Positions 46,525-56,581 of a stretch of 64,000 nucleotides of DNA are shown here, piece after piece; positions within the stretch are counted from its first letter, which is position 1, and every line of letters starts with the position of its first letter. This DNA comes from Candidatus Omnitrophota bacterium (GTDB lineage Bacteria; Omnitrophota; Gorgyraeia; 2-01-FULL-45-10): assembly GCA_020057115.1 (NCBI GenBank), contig JAGVGJ010000018.1, positions 6,067-70,066 on the forward strand, in the 5' to 3' direction. Below the pieces are notes generated by a model. The model was not told where the DNA came from. It saw nothing but the letters and a program-made list of their open reading frames with translations, and made no database searches. A program made the position numbers and the translations under genes.

Positions 46525-48415
46525 TATCTATTCTTCTCCCTTCAAAAAATATCTTGCGCCATATATTATAACAATAAACGGTCCATAAGATATTAAAATT
46601 GTCGGCTTTGCCTGATACCTGCATATCCCACAGGCGCCTGACAGAAGCCATGTCAAAATACCCCTCTTTATCCCAGTCATCCTTAAACAGATCCGCCTCC
46701 ACCCTCTTTCTCCACACAGTTGAAAACCAGCTGCGCAGAGGGATCGTCTCGCCATATCCGTACTTTTTTCGATTTAAGACGCCTGACGGTAATATCGGCT
46801 TGGAGAGGCGCTTCAATATATACTTTCGGTTTACTCCGTTTATCTTCATCCAGACAGGCAGTGCCATGGCAAACTCGACTATGTGATGGTCCAGGAACGG
46901 CGATCTTAACTCAAGACCGTTAGCCATTCCGGATATATCCGAAAATACGCATATGCCGTGAGTGTCATTGAAGACGAGGTCGGTAAACAAAGTTCCGTCA
47001 AGAAGATGGTCCGGCTTCATCCTGGAATATATCTCCTCGAAAGGCGCGCCGATATCGCAACCGGAGATCCGGTTCTTTAAGTTTTTGGAATAGACCAGGT
47101 TTGCCATATTATCCGCTGCTTTCCTTTTGAAATAAGCCCTCTTCTCTCCGGGCGGAAGGGTCAATGCCTTGAGCACGGATGACGAAAACCTCTCACCCAA
47201 AAAACCCAGGGCAGGAAAGATGGCGGCTCTGGCGGCCTTGTTTTTTGAAAAAAATATATCCATGTCGCCCAGTATCTTCCATAGAAGATATCCCGAGTAG
47301 CCCGCGAAGAGCTCATCAGAGCCGTCTCCGGTGAGCGCAGCCTTTACGCCCTTTTTCACTTCCCGGCAGAACTTCATATTGACCATGGCCTCCGGGATAG
47401 CAAAAGGTTCGTCATAATGCCACACGACACGGCCCAGCTCGTCGATGATATTGGAATCGGCGGTTATCTTATGGTGTTCCATGTTGTAGCGCTCGGCAAC
47501 GCTTGCGGCATATCCGAATTCTTTATCTTTTGATGACGAGTCTTCGAATCCGACCGAGAAGGCATTCAGCCTCGTAGAGGTGTTCTTGGCTATGAACGAT
47601 GCTATCAGGCTCGAGTCAACGCCGCCGGAAAGGAACGCACCGACGGGCACATCGCTTATAAGGCGCATCCTGACAGACTCATCTATGAGCGACTGCAATC
47701 TCTCTACCGCTTCGCCTATGCCCATGGAAAGCTTATCGTTCATTTCCGGCTGCCAGTATCTGCTTATATGCTCGCGTCCATCCTTCACCACCATGACGGA
47801 AGCGGGTGGCAATTTTAATATATTCTTGAACATCGTATTCGGGTAAGGAACGCTCCTATGCGAAAATAGATAATGCACTCCGGCCGGATTGACTTCGGGC
47901 TTGACAGCGCCTGACGCAAGAATAGCTTTAGGCTCGGATGCGAAAAGGAACATGTCTCCTACCCGGGAATAGACCAGCGGCTTCTGTCCTATCCTGTCAC
48001 GCGCCAGGACTAGCTCCTTCTTCCTTGAGTCCCAGATGGCAAAGGCGAACATTCCCCTCAGGTGCTTTACGCAATCCTGCCCCACCTCTTCATAAAGATG
48101 GATGATGGCCTCGGTATCGGAAGCGCTCTTAAAGTGATGGCCCTTTTGCTTCAGGGCGCGGGCAAGTTCTTTGTAATTATATATCATCCCGTTGAAGACA
48201 AGCTTTATGGAGCCGTCTTCATTAGACATGGGCTGGCTGGCATTATTTGAAAGATCTATTATGGAAAGCCGCCTGTGCCCAAGGCCGACGCCCTTATCCG
48301 CAAAGATACCTTCCCCGTCCGGCCCGCGATGGGCAAGCGCGCTCGTCATCCTTTTAAGCGCGGCGGCGTCCAGTCCAGAAACGCCGCTTGATATAAACCC
48401 GCAGATGCCGCACAT
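46508..48415 (-). CDS. asnB: Asparagine synthase (glutamine-hydrolysing)-like amidotransferase
   Basis: MCGICG, HRGPD, HRRLSIID, ARDRIG.KPL, LSGGVDSS, DEPF, TGDGSDE, RSPFLD. Context suggests glycan amidation. Confidence 0.92.
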   Translation of the reverse strand: MCGICGFISSGVSGLDAAALKRMTSALAHRGPDGEGIFADKGVGLGHRRLSIIDLSNNASQPMSNEDGSIKLVFNGMIYNYKELARALKQKGHHFKSASDTEAIIHLYEEVGQDCVKHLRGMFAFAIWDSRKKELVLARDRIGQKPLVYSRVGDMFLFASEPKAILASGAVKPEVNPAGVHYLFSHRSVPYPNTMFKNILKLPPASVMVVKDGREHISRYWQPEMNDKLSMGIGEAVERLQSLIDESVRMRLISDVPVGAFLSGGVDSSLIASFIAKNTSTRLNAFSVGFEDSSSKDKEFGYAASVAERYNMEHHKITADSNIIDELGRVVWHYDEPFAIPEAMVNMKFCREVKKGVKAALTGDGSDELFAGYSGYLLWKILGDMDIFFSKNKAARAAIFPALGFLGERFSSSVLKALTLPPGEKRAYFKRKAADNMANLVYSKNLKNRISGCDIGAPFEEIYSRMKPDHLLDGTLFTDLVFNDTHGICVFSDISGMANGLELRSPFLDHHIVEFAMALPVWMKINGVNRKYILKRLSKPILPSGVLNRKKYGYGETIPLRSWFSTVWRKRVEADLFKDDWDKEGYFDMASVRRLWDMQVSGKADNFNILWTVYCYNIWRKIFFEGRRIDNEKSE

Positions 48416-49963
48416 TTACCTATCCGCTCCTTCCTTCTTCCAGAACAGGAGTTTTGAAAATGCCCTCTTCATGATATTCAGATACTTGATGCCCCTCATC
48501 GCAAGCTGCCATTCATACGGAAATATCCAGAAATTCAGGGCGAGTCTGGCTCGCGCCATAAATGCATATATCTTGCGCTTCAGGTCCATATTCTTCATGA
48601 AATCATAATTCAGCGCCGCTGGGACATAAGTGCTGAGCGCCGTAACGAGCGCCGGCTCTTTTATCCATGGATAGCTCTTCATGGAAAGCTGCCCGAATTT
48701 TCCGGTCTCTTGATTGGCCCAGCCCTCCAGGGTAGTGGGCGATCTATAGCCGTTCTCTGCGCAAAGGTCATAGAGACTGCCTCCGGGATACGGGCGCAGT
48801 ATCTGCGGGCCTGAGAACATCGAGCGCGGGCATATCTTCTTCAATCTCTTCATGAGATCGATGGTCTTCTGCATCTCTTCCCTTGTCTCTCCGGGAATTC
48901 CTATAACGAAAGAGTAAGACGCAACGATATTGAAGGCGTTCATGTCTTCCGCTGTTTTGATTATCTGGTCCACGGTTATGTCCTTGCATATGAGCTTCAA
49001 TATGCGCTCTGAACCCGACTCGGCGCCCACCCCGAGGTACGCGGCCCCAGCGTCAGCTGAATCTTTCAAGAGATCTCTCGATACATGCTTATCGTGGAAA
49101 TAATCAGCGCGGATATTGGCAAACCAGCGTATCCCCATCCCCCTCATGCCGTCTATCACGCCCTTAGCATGCTTGGGATTCACATAGAAGTTCTCATCCC
49201 TGAAACTTATTCCGTTCAGGTTATGCCTGTCTTTAAGGTCCCGGATCTCGTCTAAGACAAGGCTCGGGCTCTTTGAACGCCAGATATTATAGTTGCGCTC
49301 GACATAATTTATGCAGAAGGCGCACCTGTGCGGACAGCCGCGGCTGGTCTGGACCAGTAGCTCACGGCGCAGACCCACAAAAGGATAGTAGGCGTTCACA
49401 TACCTTTCTACGTCAAGGAGTTCGAATGCCTGCGGAGGCACATCGTCCATCTTCATGAGCTCGCGCCTCTTGTTTATTACAGGCTTGCCTCCCGACTTAA
49501 AACCGAGCCCTTTTATGTCGGAATAATCCGCGCGTCCTTCCGAGCCTTCCGCGCGAGAGGCCAGTTCATAAGCGGTTACGTCGCCTTCACCGATAACGAT
49601 GAAGTCCACAAGATCGCTTGCGAGCGTCTGCTCCGGAAAAAGGGTCGGGTGCACCCCGCCCCATACGATCTTGACATCTTTATACTTCGACCTTATATAT
49701 GCGGAAAGCCTTAATGCCTCTTTTATCTGGGCCGTCATGACTGACAATCCGACGAGTCTGGCGCTGCCTATACCGGCATCTATCTTTTCAAATATGCTCT
49801 GGGCTTTATAAAGGCGCGCATCTATGATAGTGACATCCATGCCTTTATGCTTTAGATACGTTCCGATGGCAAGTATAGCCATTGGAGCGCCAAAGTCTAC
49901 TTTAGAGGCTTCGACATATGGGTTTGGATCCGGGTTTATCAGAAGAACTTTCGGCCGTTTCAT
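48416..49963 (-). CDS. B12-binding radical SAM protein
   Basis: WGGVHPT, GEGD, TSRGCPHRCAFC, DENF, GAESGS, GIPGET, PYPG. Confidence 0.93.
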   Translation of the reverse strand: MKRPKVLLINPDPNPYVEASKVDFGAPMAILAIGTYLKHKGMDVTIIDARLYKAQSIFEKIDAGIGSARLVGLSVMTAQIKEALRLSAYIRSKYKDVKIVWGGVHPTLFPEQTLASDLVDFIVIGEGDVTAYELASRAEGSEGRADYSDIKGLGFKSGGKPVINKRRELMKMDDVPPQAFELLDVERYVNAYYPFVGLRRELLVQTSRGCPHRCAFCINYVERNYNIWRSKSPSLVLDEIRDLKDRHNLNGISFRDENFYVNPKHAKGVIDGMRGMGIRWFANIRADYFHDKHVSRDLLKDSADAGAAYLGVGAESGSERILKLICKDITVDQIIKTAEDMNAFNIVASYSFVIGIPGETREEMQKTIDLMKRLKKICPRSMFSGPQILRPYPGGSLYDLCAENGYRSPTTLEGWANQETGKFGQLSMKSYPWIKEPALVTALSTYVPAALNYDFMKNMDLKRKIYAFMARARLALNFWIFPYEWQLAMRGIKYLNIMKRAFSKLLFWKKEGADR

Positions 49964-51114
49964 CGCCTGCCCTCCTTGATCACCGAAATTATAACGTCGG
50001 CTTCCTTCTTTTCCATCGCATCTCCCGAGATGGCGCTTACCCGCTCGAAAGCCAGCCTGCCGAGCCGGGACATATTATCGCGGTCTTTTGACAGGCAGCG
50101 GAATGCGTTTTCAAAGCCTTCGGGGCTGCCGTCAGTCACGAGCGCAATATCGCCTACGAGCTCCGGTTTTTCTTCCCACATCGGCTTCTTCGTCACGATG
50201 GGAAGCGATGATGCCATCGCTTCCATGACCGGTTTCGAGACTCCGCCGTAATCATTGACGCAGGCAAATATATCCGCTTCTTTATAATACCGGTCTATCG
50301 CTGAATTCTGGACGGACGTGACGAAATCTACCTTGTCGCTTACACCTATATCGCGCGAAAGCCTTATCATCTTTTCCAGGAACGGCCCGTCTCCTATTAT
50401 CACAAGACTGGCCCTCAGGTTCCTGATAGCCCTTATGATATTCTCCGGGTTCTTTCGTTCAAATACCCGGCCGACGCACAGTATCTTTAACGGCGAAGCG
50501 TTGCTCCCGCTATCCGCCGACCTTTCCTTTCTAAAACGCTCGACATCTATCCTGTGATACACCTCTTCGACCTTATCCGGCCGGACGCCTCTTGATAGCG
50601 CATAATCGGCTGCGAACTTGTACGCCGCGATGACTTTCGACGCATTCCCCAAAGCGGGTTTTTCGAAGAAGATCGATGAATACAGCCAGAACAGTTTCTT
50701 GGCAGGATCGCTCCACTTCAGGTGGGCCCTTACATCCTTATCGAGGTTGGTATGCAAATGGATGATGAGCGGTATGCGGTGCTTTCTGCTTAAGACGGCG
50801 CCTATGAACCCGCCGATATGCGCGTTATGCGCTATTATCACATCTGCTCCGGACGGTTTTACGGAATCTTCTATCCTTTCCAGGTATTTCCCGAGGAACA
50901 ATATGTTTGCAACGGATACTTTGCCGGACGGATATATGCCGAGCCTGGCCGTTCCGGCGATATCTTTCGCTTCACCTGGAGTAACGTCGGAATCGCCCGG
51001 AGAGATGATGTCTATCTCGCTGAAGATATTGTTCGGATTGAAATATCTTGCGACGACTTCGCCTTTTTTCAGGTACTCTTTTATGGGGTCGTTCGGTATT
51101 ATTATCGCTCGCAT
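49960..51114 (-). CDS. GT4-family glycosyltransferase (divergent)
   Basis: CVGR...KN, IIGDGP, YKEADIF, GGVSKPVMEAMAS (first Glu of EX7E absent). Confidence 0.82.
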   Translation of the reverse strand: MRAIIIPNDPIKEYLKKGEVVARYFNPNNIFSEIDIISPGDSDVTPGEAKDIAGTARLGIYPSGKVSVANILFLGKYLERIEDSVKPSGADVIIAHNAHIGGFIGAVLSRKHRIPLIIHLHTNLDKDVRAHLKWSDPAKKLFWLYSSIFFEKPALGNASKVIAAYKFAADYALSRGVRPDKVEEVYHRIDVERFRKERSADSGSNASPLKILCVGRVFERKNPENIIRAIRNLRASLVIIGDGPFLEKMIRLSRDIGVSDKVDFVTSVQNSAIDRYYKEADIFACVNDYGGVSKPVMEAMASSLPIVTKKPMWEEKPELVGDIALVTDGSPEGFENAFRCLSKDRDNMSRLGRLAFERVSAISGDAMEKKEADVIISVIKEGRR

Positions 51115-51116
51115 CT

Positions 51117-52145
51117 CTAAAGCTCTATCACCTTTCCGCCGTCTTTGAGCGACTTTGAAGCCGCCTCGAGGACCTTTACTACTTCAAGCCCGCTATTACC
51201 GTCCGTTGCCGGCTTCTTCCGGGTCTTCACGCAGTCCACAAAGCTCTTCACTTCAGCGCGAAGAGGCTCTTCAAAGTTTATCTTCGGTATCAGGATATCT
51301 CCCGAACGGTGCTTAAAGAGGAATGTCTCGTAATTATCATACTTTCCCAGGTCCGCATTTATATGCTCCTTGTCTATGCCCTTATCGTAGATCATTATCT
51401 TTGAGTCTTCCGAAACATCGTCGTATACGACCATCTTCTTCGATCCTACGATCGTGACGCGCCTTACCTTGTTTGGGTCAAGCCAGCTTACGTGGATATG
51501 CGCACTGACGCCGTTCTTGTACTCTATAGTTATGAACGCGACATCCGCGATATCCTTCCTGAGATAGCAAAACCCGCGCGCTGATACTGATCTCGGCTCT
51601 GAACCTAACAGGTATGACATTATAGATATGTCATGCGGCGCGAGATTCCACATCACATCGACATCATCCCTGACTTTTCCCAGGTTTAGCCTGTGGGAAT
51701 AGATATAATAGACGGATCCTAAAGAGCCGCTGTCTATATATTTCTTCACTTCCTTCACCGCAGAGTTATATATGAATGTGTGGCCGACGAATATTATCCG
51801 TTTCTTCTCATCGGCCAGCTTTATCAGCTCCCGGCATTCGTTCCCCGTCATGGCAAGCGGTTTTTCCACAAATACGTCCTTGCCGGCTTCCAGGGCCTTC
51901 CTGGCATATTCGTAATGGAATTTTGCCGGAAGCGCGATCACGACGGCGTCTATTTCGCCGTCTTTTACAAGGTCGTTGAAATCGGCTGTCGTCTTGACAT
52001 GCGGACGCGTCTTCTTCATCTGGCTAAGCTTCTTCTGGTCAGCGTCGCATATAGCTGCAACCGTTACATCATCCGGCAATCCTTCGAAATTCCTTAAAAG
52101 GTTAGGGCCCCAATATCCCACACCCGCGAAACCTATCTTTGTCAT
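51117..52145 (-). CDS. Gfo/Idh/MocA-family oxidoreductase
   Basis: GVGYWG, VFVEKP, VGHTF, LAPHDI, HVSWL. Confidence 0.92.
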   Translation of the reverse strand: MTKIGFAGVGYWGPNLLRNFEGLPDDVTVAAICDADQKKLSQMKKTRPHVKTTADFNDLVKDGEIDAVVIALPAKFHYEYARKALEAGKDVFVEKPLAMTGNECRELIKLADEKKRIIFVGHTFIYNSAVKEVKKYIDSGSLGSVYYIYSHRLNLGKVRDDVDVMWNLAPHDISIMSYLLGSEPRSVSARGFCYLRKDIADVAFITIEYKNGVSAHIHVSWLDPNKVRRVTIVGSKKMVVYDDVSEDSKIMIYDKGIDKEHINADLGKYDNYETFLFKHRSGDILIPKINFEEPLRAEVKSFVDCVKTRKKPATDGNSGLEVVKVLEAASKSLKDGGKVIEL

Positions 52146-52164
52146 ATATCTCCTTATGCGTTAT

Positions 52165-52869
52165 CTACCTGGTGACAAGCTTTTTTAAATAATACGATAT
52201 CCTTCCGGGGAGGCTCTGCCCTTTTACCCGCATCGACGTAGCCTCAAAACGCATCTTGCCTATCTCTTCCAGAAATGACGGTGGATCAAAATTGGGGAGC
52301 GACACCAGGAAAGGCGCAAGATAGGTCGGCTGGGGCCTCAGGTCCTCGACCGGCACAGGATGGCCGCCGTCGTCCCTGGGATAAGCGTTGCCCCATGCTG
52401 AAAAGGCATGCCATTTGCCGCCGAACTTTACGAAAGATATGAAATTATCCTTGCCGGCCGGCGTGCGGAACATTTTATAGAAGGCTTCATAGCCGGCATA
52501 CGTGCACAATATGGTGAATACATCCTCAAGCTGGTCGTCAACGCCATAACCCCTCACGATTATGCTGTACGGGTGATCGTCTATTATGGCCAGCTCCTTC
52601 GGCTGATGTTTGATATTACGGACGCACCAGTCGAATATGGCGACCGCCTTCTCCCCATCGGACGTCTTGCCCGAAACTATCTCCCGCACTATCCTTCTAT
52701 ACTGATAATCCCTGTCAAGGAACTCGATCATCTTTATATATAATGGCATGCTATAGCTGCGAACCTCGTAATTGACCCCTTGTTTCGTAGGCACATGGAC
52801 AAAGATAAGGGCAGCCAGCGTCCCGATAACTAATAATGCCGATATTATCGCCGCCGCTTTTCTTTTCAT
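52165..52869 (-). CDS. Membrane-anchored hypothetical protein, possible degenerate transglutaminase-like fold
   Basis: N-terminal TM, EKAVAIFDW, IIVRGYGVDDQ...F..LC, GKW. Confidence 0.6.
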   Translation of the reverse strand: MKRKAAAIISALLVIGTLAALIFVHVPTKQGVNYEVRSYSMPLYIKMIEFLDRDYQYRRIVREIVSGKTSDGEKAVAIFDWCVRNIKHQPKELAIIDDHPYSIIVRGYGVDDQLEDVFTILCTYAGYEAFYKMFRTPAGKDNFISFVKFGGKWHAFSAWGNAYPRDDGGHPVPVEDLRPQPTYLAPFLVSLPNFDPPSFLEEIGKMRFEATSMRVKGQSLPGRISYYLKKLVTR

Positions 52870-53993
52870 GCCGCGCTCCTTGATCCCACGTTCACCAGTG
52901 CCTCTACGAATTTCGGAGCATTGGTTTTCAACGAATATTTTTCAACAGCGGTCGCCCTGCCGGCCTCGCCTATCGAGCGCCTTAAGCCAGCGTCCCCGAC
53001 AAGGCGCGACAGCTTCTCTTCCCATTCTTTGCCGTGGAAAGCCAGATAGCCGTTGACGCCGTCTTTAATTATATCCTTGTTCACCCCTACGGGGGAGACT
53101 ACCACAGGTATCCCCATGCTCATATAAAGTATCGCCTTAAAAGCGCACTTGCCCCTGGTCCAATCGGTGTCAGGCATCGGCATTATGCCTATATCGAAAT
53201 GCGCCATGTCATCCCTCTCCGTCTCGAGAGACCATTCTTTAGCTACCAGCCCATCGTGCCTTAACGAATCGAGCCGGCCTCCGACGATATGCACCTTGAG
53301 CGACCTGTTCTTGTCAAGAAGCGATCGGAAGATATTTTCAAGCTCTTCCAGGAATACCTGGGTCGTGTGGCTGCCTATCCATCCGATCACGATATTGTTT
53401 TTCAGGCCTCCCGGCATGCCGGCTTTGTTATAATTATCGGTATCTATACAGGTAGGTATTATGACCACGTTCTTATTGAGCGGCTTTGTGTGTTCCTTGA
53501 GGAATTCATTGCCGGCTATCACGAGGTCGCTATGTTTTATGATAAAATCTGTCTTCCGCGGGCATTTCAGGATCCCCATGGCCTTGCTGGAACCCTGCGG
53601 CGGAAGATATATAGCGTCATCATAATCAAATATGATCTTATTGCGGGCAAAAAACCGTAAACCGAACAATACTGATTCGAGGATCGGCGGACCTATGGGA
53701 AAAACTTCCCGATGGATAAATATGACGCTGTAGAACGGCGCCGTGAAGACATCGATAAACCGCCGCATTGACGCTGCGAGGAACAAGAATACCTTTTTAG
53801 GGGCATTGCCTTTCTTGTATAGTATCCTGTAAAACGACGCCGTATAGAAAGGCCTTACGGAATAACCGAACCCGGCATTCTCAAGGTACGGGAGGAACTG
53901 CCCTACCCTCAACCGCGCGCTCGCGCCCTCGGTCGGATACGGAACCAGGAACAGTATCTTCCCTTTTGCCTTTATGTCCCGAGATGGTTTCAT
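52866..53993 (-). CDS. GT4-family glycosyltransferase
   Basis: ASARLR, FDYDDAI, IPTCID, IGWIGS, DIGIMP, GKCAFK..YM..GIPVV.SPVG. Likely ATG at 53993 (TAATG overlap). Confidence 0.9.
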   Translation of the reverse strand: MKPSRDIKAKGKILFLVPYPTEGASARLRVGQFLPYLENAGFGYSVRPFYTASFYRILYKKGNAPKKVFLFLAASMRRFIDVFTAPFYSVIFIHREVFPIGPPILESVLFGLRFFARNKIIFDYDDAIYLPPQGSSKAMGILKCPRKTDFIIKHSDLVIAGNEFLKEHTKPLNKNVVIIPTCIDTDNYNKAGMPGGLKNNIVIGWIGSHTTQVFLEELENIFRSLLDKNRSLKVHIVGGRLDSLRHDGLVAKEWSLETERDDMAHFDIGIMPMPDTDWTRGKCAFKAILYMSMGIPVVVSPVGVNKDIIKDGVNGYLAFHGKEWEEKLSRLVGDAGLRRSIGEAGRATAVEKYSLKTNAPKFVEALVNVGSRSAA

Positions 53994-54748
53994 TACGGCC
54001 CCCATCTTCGCCTTATGCCCAACTCTATCCTGCCGAATATAAGCTTATCGGTGAATATGCTTATCAATGTTATGGTTATCATTACGGCTATCACCTGGCT
54101 CATGTCGTTAAGCTCCCTTCCCATGGCAAGCAGGTATCCGAGGCCCAGATTGAGGAATAGCAGCTCTCCTGCCATAAGCGAGCGCCAGGCGAACGACCAG
54201 CCCTGCTTCAAGCCGGATATTATCGGCGGCATGGCAGCCGGCATGATGACCTCTATCAAGAGCCTGAACCTTCTGGCGCCCATGTTCCTTCCTGCCTTTA
54301 CATAGAGCTGCGGCAGGTTCTTGACCGCCGAGTAAGTGGCCATGGTTACCGAGAACAATGCTCCGATTATCACTATGAATATTATAGCCTTTTCATTGAG
54401 CCCGAACCATAATAAAGCAAGAGGCAGCCAGCATATGCTCGGCAATGTCTGCAATCCCAGGACCAGCCCGCCCAGCGTATCCTCGACCGTCTTGAACTTG
54501 CTCATAACAAGCCCAAGCAACCCGCCTAGGACTATTGATATGCCGTATCCTATCAATAAGCGCCTCATGCTTATTATTATGCCGAAGATGAACGTGGTGT
54601 CCATGAAACCATGGACTAGCGTATCAAATACTTTCAGTGGCGACGGAAACAGGTATGGCGGCCATATTTTGAGCATGGCCACGATCTGCCACAGCGCCAG
54701 TATCGCAGAATAGAATATTATCTGTTTAACTGTCTTCTTTTGTATCAT
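53993..54748 (-). CDS. ABC transporter permease, SsuC/TauC/NitT type
   Basis: FPSP, LQTLPSICWLPLALLWFG, AGRNMGA, AWRSLMAGE. Confidence 0.92.
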   Translation of the reverse strand: MIQKKTVKQIIFYSAILALWQIVAMLKIWPPYLFPSPLKVFDTLVHGFMDTTFIFGIIISMRRLLIGYGISIVLGGLLGLVMSKFKTVEDTLGGLVLGLQTLPSICWLPLALLWFGLNEKAIIFIVIIGALFSVTMATYSAVKNLPQLYVKAGRNMGARRFRLLIEVIMPAAMPPIISGLKQGWSFAWRSLMAGELLFLNLGLGYLLAMGRELNDMSQVIAVMITITLISIFTDKLIFGRIELGIRRRWGP

Positions 54749-55532
54749 ATTCCTCGTGGAAATGTTTGTCTATCTCGAACTTCAGCTCTTTAAGCACCTG
54801 TCTCACGTGCTTCATAAGCCCTTCGTCCTCGATGCGCCTGGGCCTTGGCAGGTCTATCAAAAAACTGGCCTTAACCGCCCCGGGCAGAGACGAAAAAACA
54901 AGGACCCTGTCGCCGAGGCATACCGCTTCTCTGACATTATGGGTAACGAAGATTATGGTCTTCTTCGTCCTCGACCATATTTTCTGCAGCTCGTCATGAA
55001 GGCTGTCCCTGGTCTGTGCATCGAGCGCCGTAAAAGGTTCATCCATCAGCAGTATCTCCGGATCCAAAACGAGCGCCCTTGCCAGGGCTACCCGCTGCTT
55101 CATGCCGCCCGACAACTGGTGTATGTACGAATCCTTGAATTTTGTCAGGTGGACCATGTCGATATACTCGCGCGCCAGTTTTGCCCTCTCTTTCGAAGGC
55201 ATCTTCTTCAGTTTCAATCCGAACTCTACGTTCTTCTGTACCGTAAGCCAGGGAAAGAGCCCAAGCTCCTGGAATATCATGAGCCTGTCAGGTCCTGGTA
55301 TGCCCACCGGCTCGCCTCTGTGGAGGATCTTGCCGGTATGATCAAAGTCAAGGCCTGCCACCATATTGAGCAGCGTAGTTTTGCCGCACCCGGAAGGCCC
55401 TACGATACAGACGAACTCCCCGTCATTTATCTCGAGGTTGATGTCTTTTAAGACATCCAGCCTCTTGCCGTTGTGCGCATAGGACTTGGTTACATTTTCT
55501 ATTTTAAGCATTGCTGGCATACAAGCGTTCAC
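54726..55532 (-). CDS. ABC transporter ATP-binding protein, SsuB/TauB/NitT type
   Basis: GPSGCGKT, FQ...LFPW, LSGGMKQR, LMDEPF, VTH, DLPRPR. Confidence 0.95.
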   Translation of the reverse strand: MNACMPAMLKIENVTKSYAHNGKRLDVLKDINLEINDGEFVCIVGPSGCGKTTLLNMVAGLDFDHTGKILHRGEPVGIPGPDRLMIFQELGLFPWLTVQKNVEFGLKLKKMPSKERAKLAREYIDMVHLTKFKDSYIHQLSGGMKQRVALARALVLDPEILLMDEPFTALDAQTRDSLHDELQKIWSRTKKTIIFVTHNVREAVCLGDRVLVFSSLPGAVKASFLIDLPRPRRIEDEGLMKHVRQVLKELKFEIDKHFHEEYDTKEDS

Positions 55533-56554
55533 TCCGAAATTGGTTCAGCGCCTTTTTCTTTCAATACATCGCTCAGGATCTTCAGGTCGTAAATACCGCT
55601 CAAGTCAGGCATCTTGTCCCCCAGAAATCCCTGCTCAAATGCCCACCGGGCAGAATTGAATAACGAACTCTTTATGGGGTCATATGTCACTTTAAGCCTG
55701 GAAAAAGCGTCATTTATCACGCCTTCGGGAAGCGCCTTGCCTGTAAGGCGCTTTATCTCGGCGTTTACCATATTTTTTGCTTCCGGAAGGTTGGAATTTA
55801 TCCACGCGGTAACTTCAACGTGCGCGGCCAGCCACTTCTTCACAATGTCAGGATGCGCATCGAGGAATTTTTTGCTCGCTATGATATGGGCGGTCACAAA
55901 ATCGCCGTTAGGCCATATCGTACGCTCGTCCAGGAAGAGCCTGCCGTTACCTTCTCTTATGAGGCGGCTCACCCATGGTTCGACCGTCCAGGCGGCGTCT
56001 ATTTCCTTCTTCATGAACAAGGTCAATTGGTCGGGGTTCGCTATGGGCACGACTTGTACATCCCCGCCTTTCTCTTTCAGTTTAAAACCGTTGTCTTTAA
56101 GCCACCCTCTCAGGGCGACGTCCTGGGTGTTCCCAAGCTGAGGAGAGGCAATTTTTCTGCCGTGGAAATCGTCTTTGGTCTTTATGCCGCTGTCATCTCG
56201 CACAACAAGTCCCGCGCCGCCGCTTGTAGCTCCGGCCACGATCCTCAGGGCCACGCCATCAGATTTGACATAACCGTTTATAGCAGGATTCGGCCCTATA
56301 TAAGAGAGGTCTATCTCGCCTGCAAAAAGGGCCTCTATCACCGAAGGCCCTGCATTGAACAGCTTGGTCTCTATCTTCGTGTCATTGCCAAGTTCTTTTT
56401 GGAATGTGCCATTGGCCAGGCCGACCAAAGCCTGGGAATGGGTTATATTAGGGAAATATCCAACGCGTATTACATTCTTCTCTTGGGCATTACATGCGCA
56501 GCAAATGGAAAAGAAGAACATTGTTGCTGCAAAGAATATCGATAACTTTTTCAT
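55529..56554 (-). CDS. ABC transporter substrate-binding protein, SsuA-like (sulfonate / sulfur oxyanion)
   Basis: Signal peptide, GYFPNITHSQ, FNAGPS..EAL, YIGPNPAIN, PQLGNTQDVA, EPW. Confidence 0.88.
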   Translation of the reverse strand: MKKLSIFFAATMFFFSICCACNAQEKNVIRVGYFPNITHSQALVGLANGTFQKELGNDTKIETKLFNAGPSVIEALFAGEIDLSYIGPNPAINGYVKSDGVALRIVAGATSGGAGLVVRDDSGIKTKDDFHGRKIASPQLGNTQDVALRGWLKDNGFKLKEKGGDVQVVPIANPDQLTLFMKKEIDAAWTVEPWVSRLIREGNGRLFLDERTIWPNGDFVTAHIIASKKFLDAHPDIVKKWLAAHVEVTAWINSNLPEAKNMVNAEIKRLTGKALPEGVINDAFSRLKVTYDPIKSSLFNSARWAFEQGFLGDKMPDLSGIYDLKILSDVLKEKGAEPISE

Positions 56555-56581
56555 CTTTCGCCTCCTATTCTATTGGCCCGA

